In this document: positions 39,174 to 39,903 of the stretch, in pieces
How positions within the stretch are numbered: position 1 is the first letter of the stretch
Layout: each line of letters starts with the position of its first letter
Origin: Luminiphilus sp.
Lineage (GTDB): Bacteria; Pseudomonadota; Gammaproteobacteria; Pseudomonadales; Halieaceae
Direction: 5' to 3'
DNA length: 39,903 nt
NCBI GenBank assembly: GCA_965658485.1
Contig: CBFHSJ010000004.1
Location: 1 to 39,903 of the forward strand
The notes under the pieces: generated by a model
What the model was told of the DNA's origin: nothing
Seen by the model: the letters and a program-made list of their open reading frames with translations, nothing else
Databases searched by the model: none
Translations under genes and position numbers: made by a program

Positions 39174-39180
39174 GCATTGA

Positions 39181-39213
39181 ATTGTCCTATTCCCGACTAT
39201 TTTAGTCAAGAAT
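39181..39213 (-). promoter_or_regulatory. iscR promoter overlapped by an IscR type-1 operator
   Basis: Imperfect palindrome ATTCTTGACTAAAATAGTCGGGAAT (39213-39189) resembles the type-1 IscR consensus. It contains -35 TTGACT, with -10 GACAAT 17 nt further on. Confidence 0.8.
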
Positions 39214-39227
39214 AAGCCAAAGTGGTT

Positions 39228-39903
39228 TCAGTCGGCTTTTCGAGACGCTACTTTCTGGGTTTCTGTGAGAATACCGCGCAGGATATTGAGCTCCATATCG
39301 TCCAATCGCACCCGGTTATAGAGGCGCTTCAGTCGCCGCATGAGCTGGCGAGGGGCCCCCGGGTTGAGGAATTCGATATCGATCAGCGTTTCTTCGAGGT
39401 GCGTGTAAAAACGCGTCATGTCCTCTGCGGTGGCGAAAGGTGTATCCCACTCTGCGTCCTCAGGGAGCGCCGTCTGTCCGGCTAACTGCATCATGCGGCA
39501 CTCGTAGACCACGATTTGCACCGCCATCGCCAGATTCAGGCTCGCATATCCCTCATGCGTGGGGATATGACAGTGCAGATTGCAGCGCTGCAATTCCTCA
39601 TTGAGCAGTCCCCGATCCTCGCGGCCAAATAAAATCGCCACCCGCTCGGCGACAGAGTGCTGAGCAACCCTCTCCGCGCAGCGGCGGGCATCCTGTACCG
39701 GCCAGGGAATGCGGCGCTCCCGCGCACTGGTGCCTACGACAAATTGGCAGTCAGCGATCGCCTCGTCGAGGGTGTCTACTACGCGCGCATTTTCCAACAC
39801 ATCTACTGCGGATGCTGCACGCCAGGTCGCCTCAGGCGCGGGGTACTCTAGCGGAGCCACAAGAGTCAGCCGGGTCAGACCCATGTTCTTCATGGCACGC
39901 GCG
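39228..39903 (-). CDS. trmJ: tRNA (cytidine/uridine-2'-O)-methyltransferase TrmJ (5' end outside window)
   Basis: ARAMKNMGL, VGTSAR.R, FGREDRGL.NEEL, SLNLAMAVQ, ELNILRGIL. Upstream of iscR. Confidence 0.93.
   Translation of the reverse strand, partial: ARAMKNMGLTRLTLVAPLEYPAPEATWRAASAVDVLENARVVDTLDEAIADCQFVVGTSARERRIPWPVQDARRCAERVAQHSVAERVAILFGREDRGLLNEELQRCNLHCHIPTHEGYASLNLAMAVQIVVYECRMMQLAGQTALPEDAEWDTPFATAEDMTRFYTHLEETLIDIEFLNPGAPRQLMRRLKRLYNRVRLDDMELNILRGILTETQKVASRKAD

Noticed and set aside
1-39903. CRISPR arrays, tRNA/rRNA genes, transposases, integrases, prophage genes
   Set aside because: No regularly spaced repeats or relevant motifs were seen by eye, and the intergenic gaps are too short to hold them.

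Overview
A gene-dense, GC-rich gammaproteobacterial chromosome segment. Gene content and order suggest a marine Halieaceae/OM60-NOR5-like organism; this is an inference and was not tested. The right half (22.2-39.9 kb) is housekeeping: aceA, purEK, the ndk-rlmN-pilW-ispG-hisS-yfgM-bamB-der cluster (without the usual rodZ), and trmJ-iscRSUA-hscBA-fdx. The left half holds mnmC, a glutaminyl cyclase, an M16C peptidase, a TauD dioxygenase, transporters, a desaturase, a DUF481-like barrel, MscS, a DAHP synthase and a DUF501 gene. The best candidate for an undescribed system is a three-gene cassette at 5603-6746 (-). It encodes a Sec-exported precursor with an internal double-glycine-type leader, a small two-helix membrane protein, and a stand-alone signal-bearing C39 peptidase with no ABC transporter. 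The second candidate is a short-type cobalamin riboswitch with a resolvable translational switch. It controls btuB, cobO and an uncharacterised ~6-TM protein that may import B12 across the inner membrane. Three genes (iscR, an HxlR regulator, DUF501) look leaderless. I saw no rRNA, tRNA, CRISPR array or mobile element. All calls come from reading motifs; no database searches were run.
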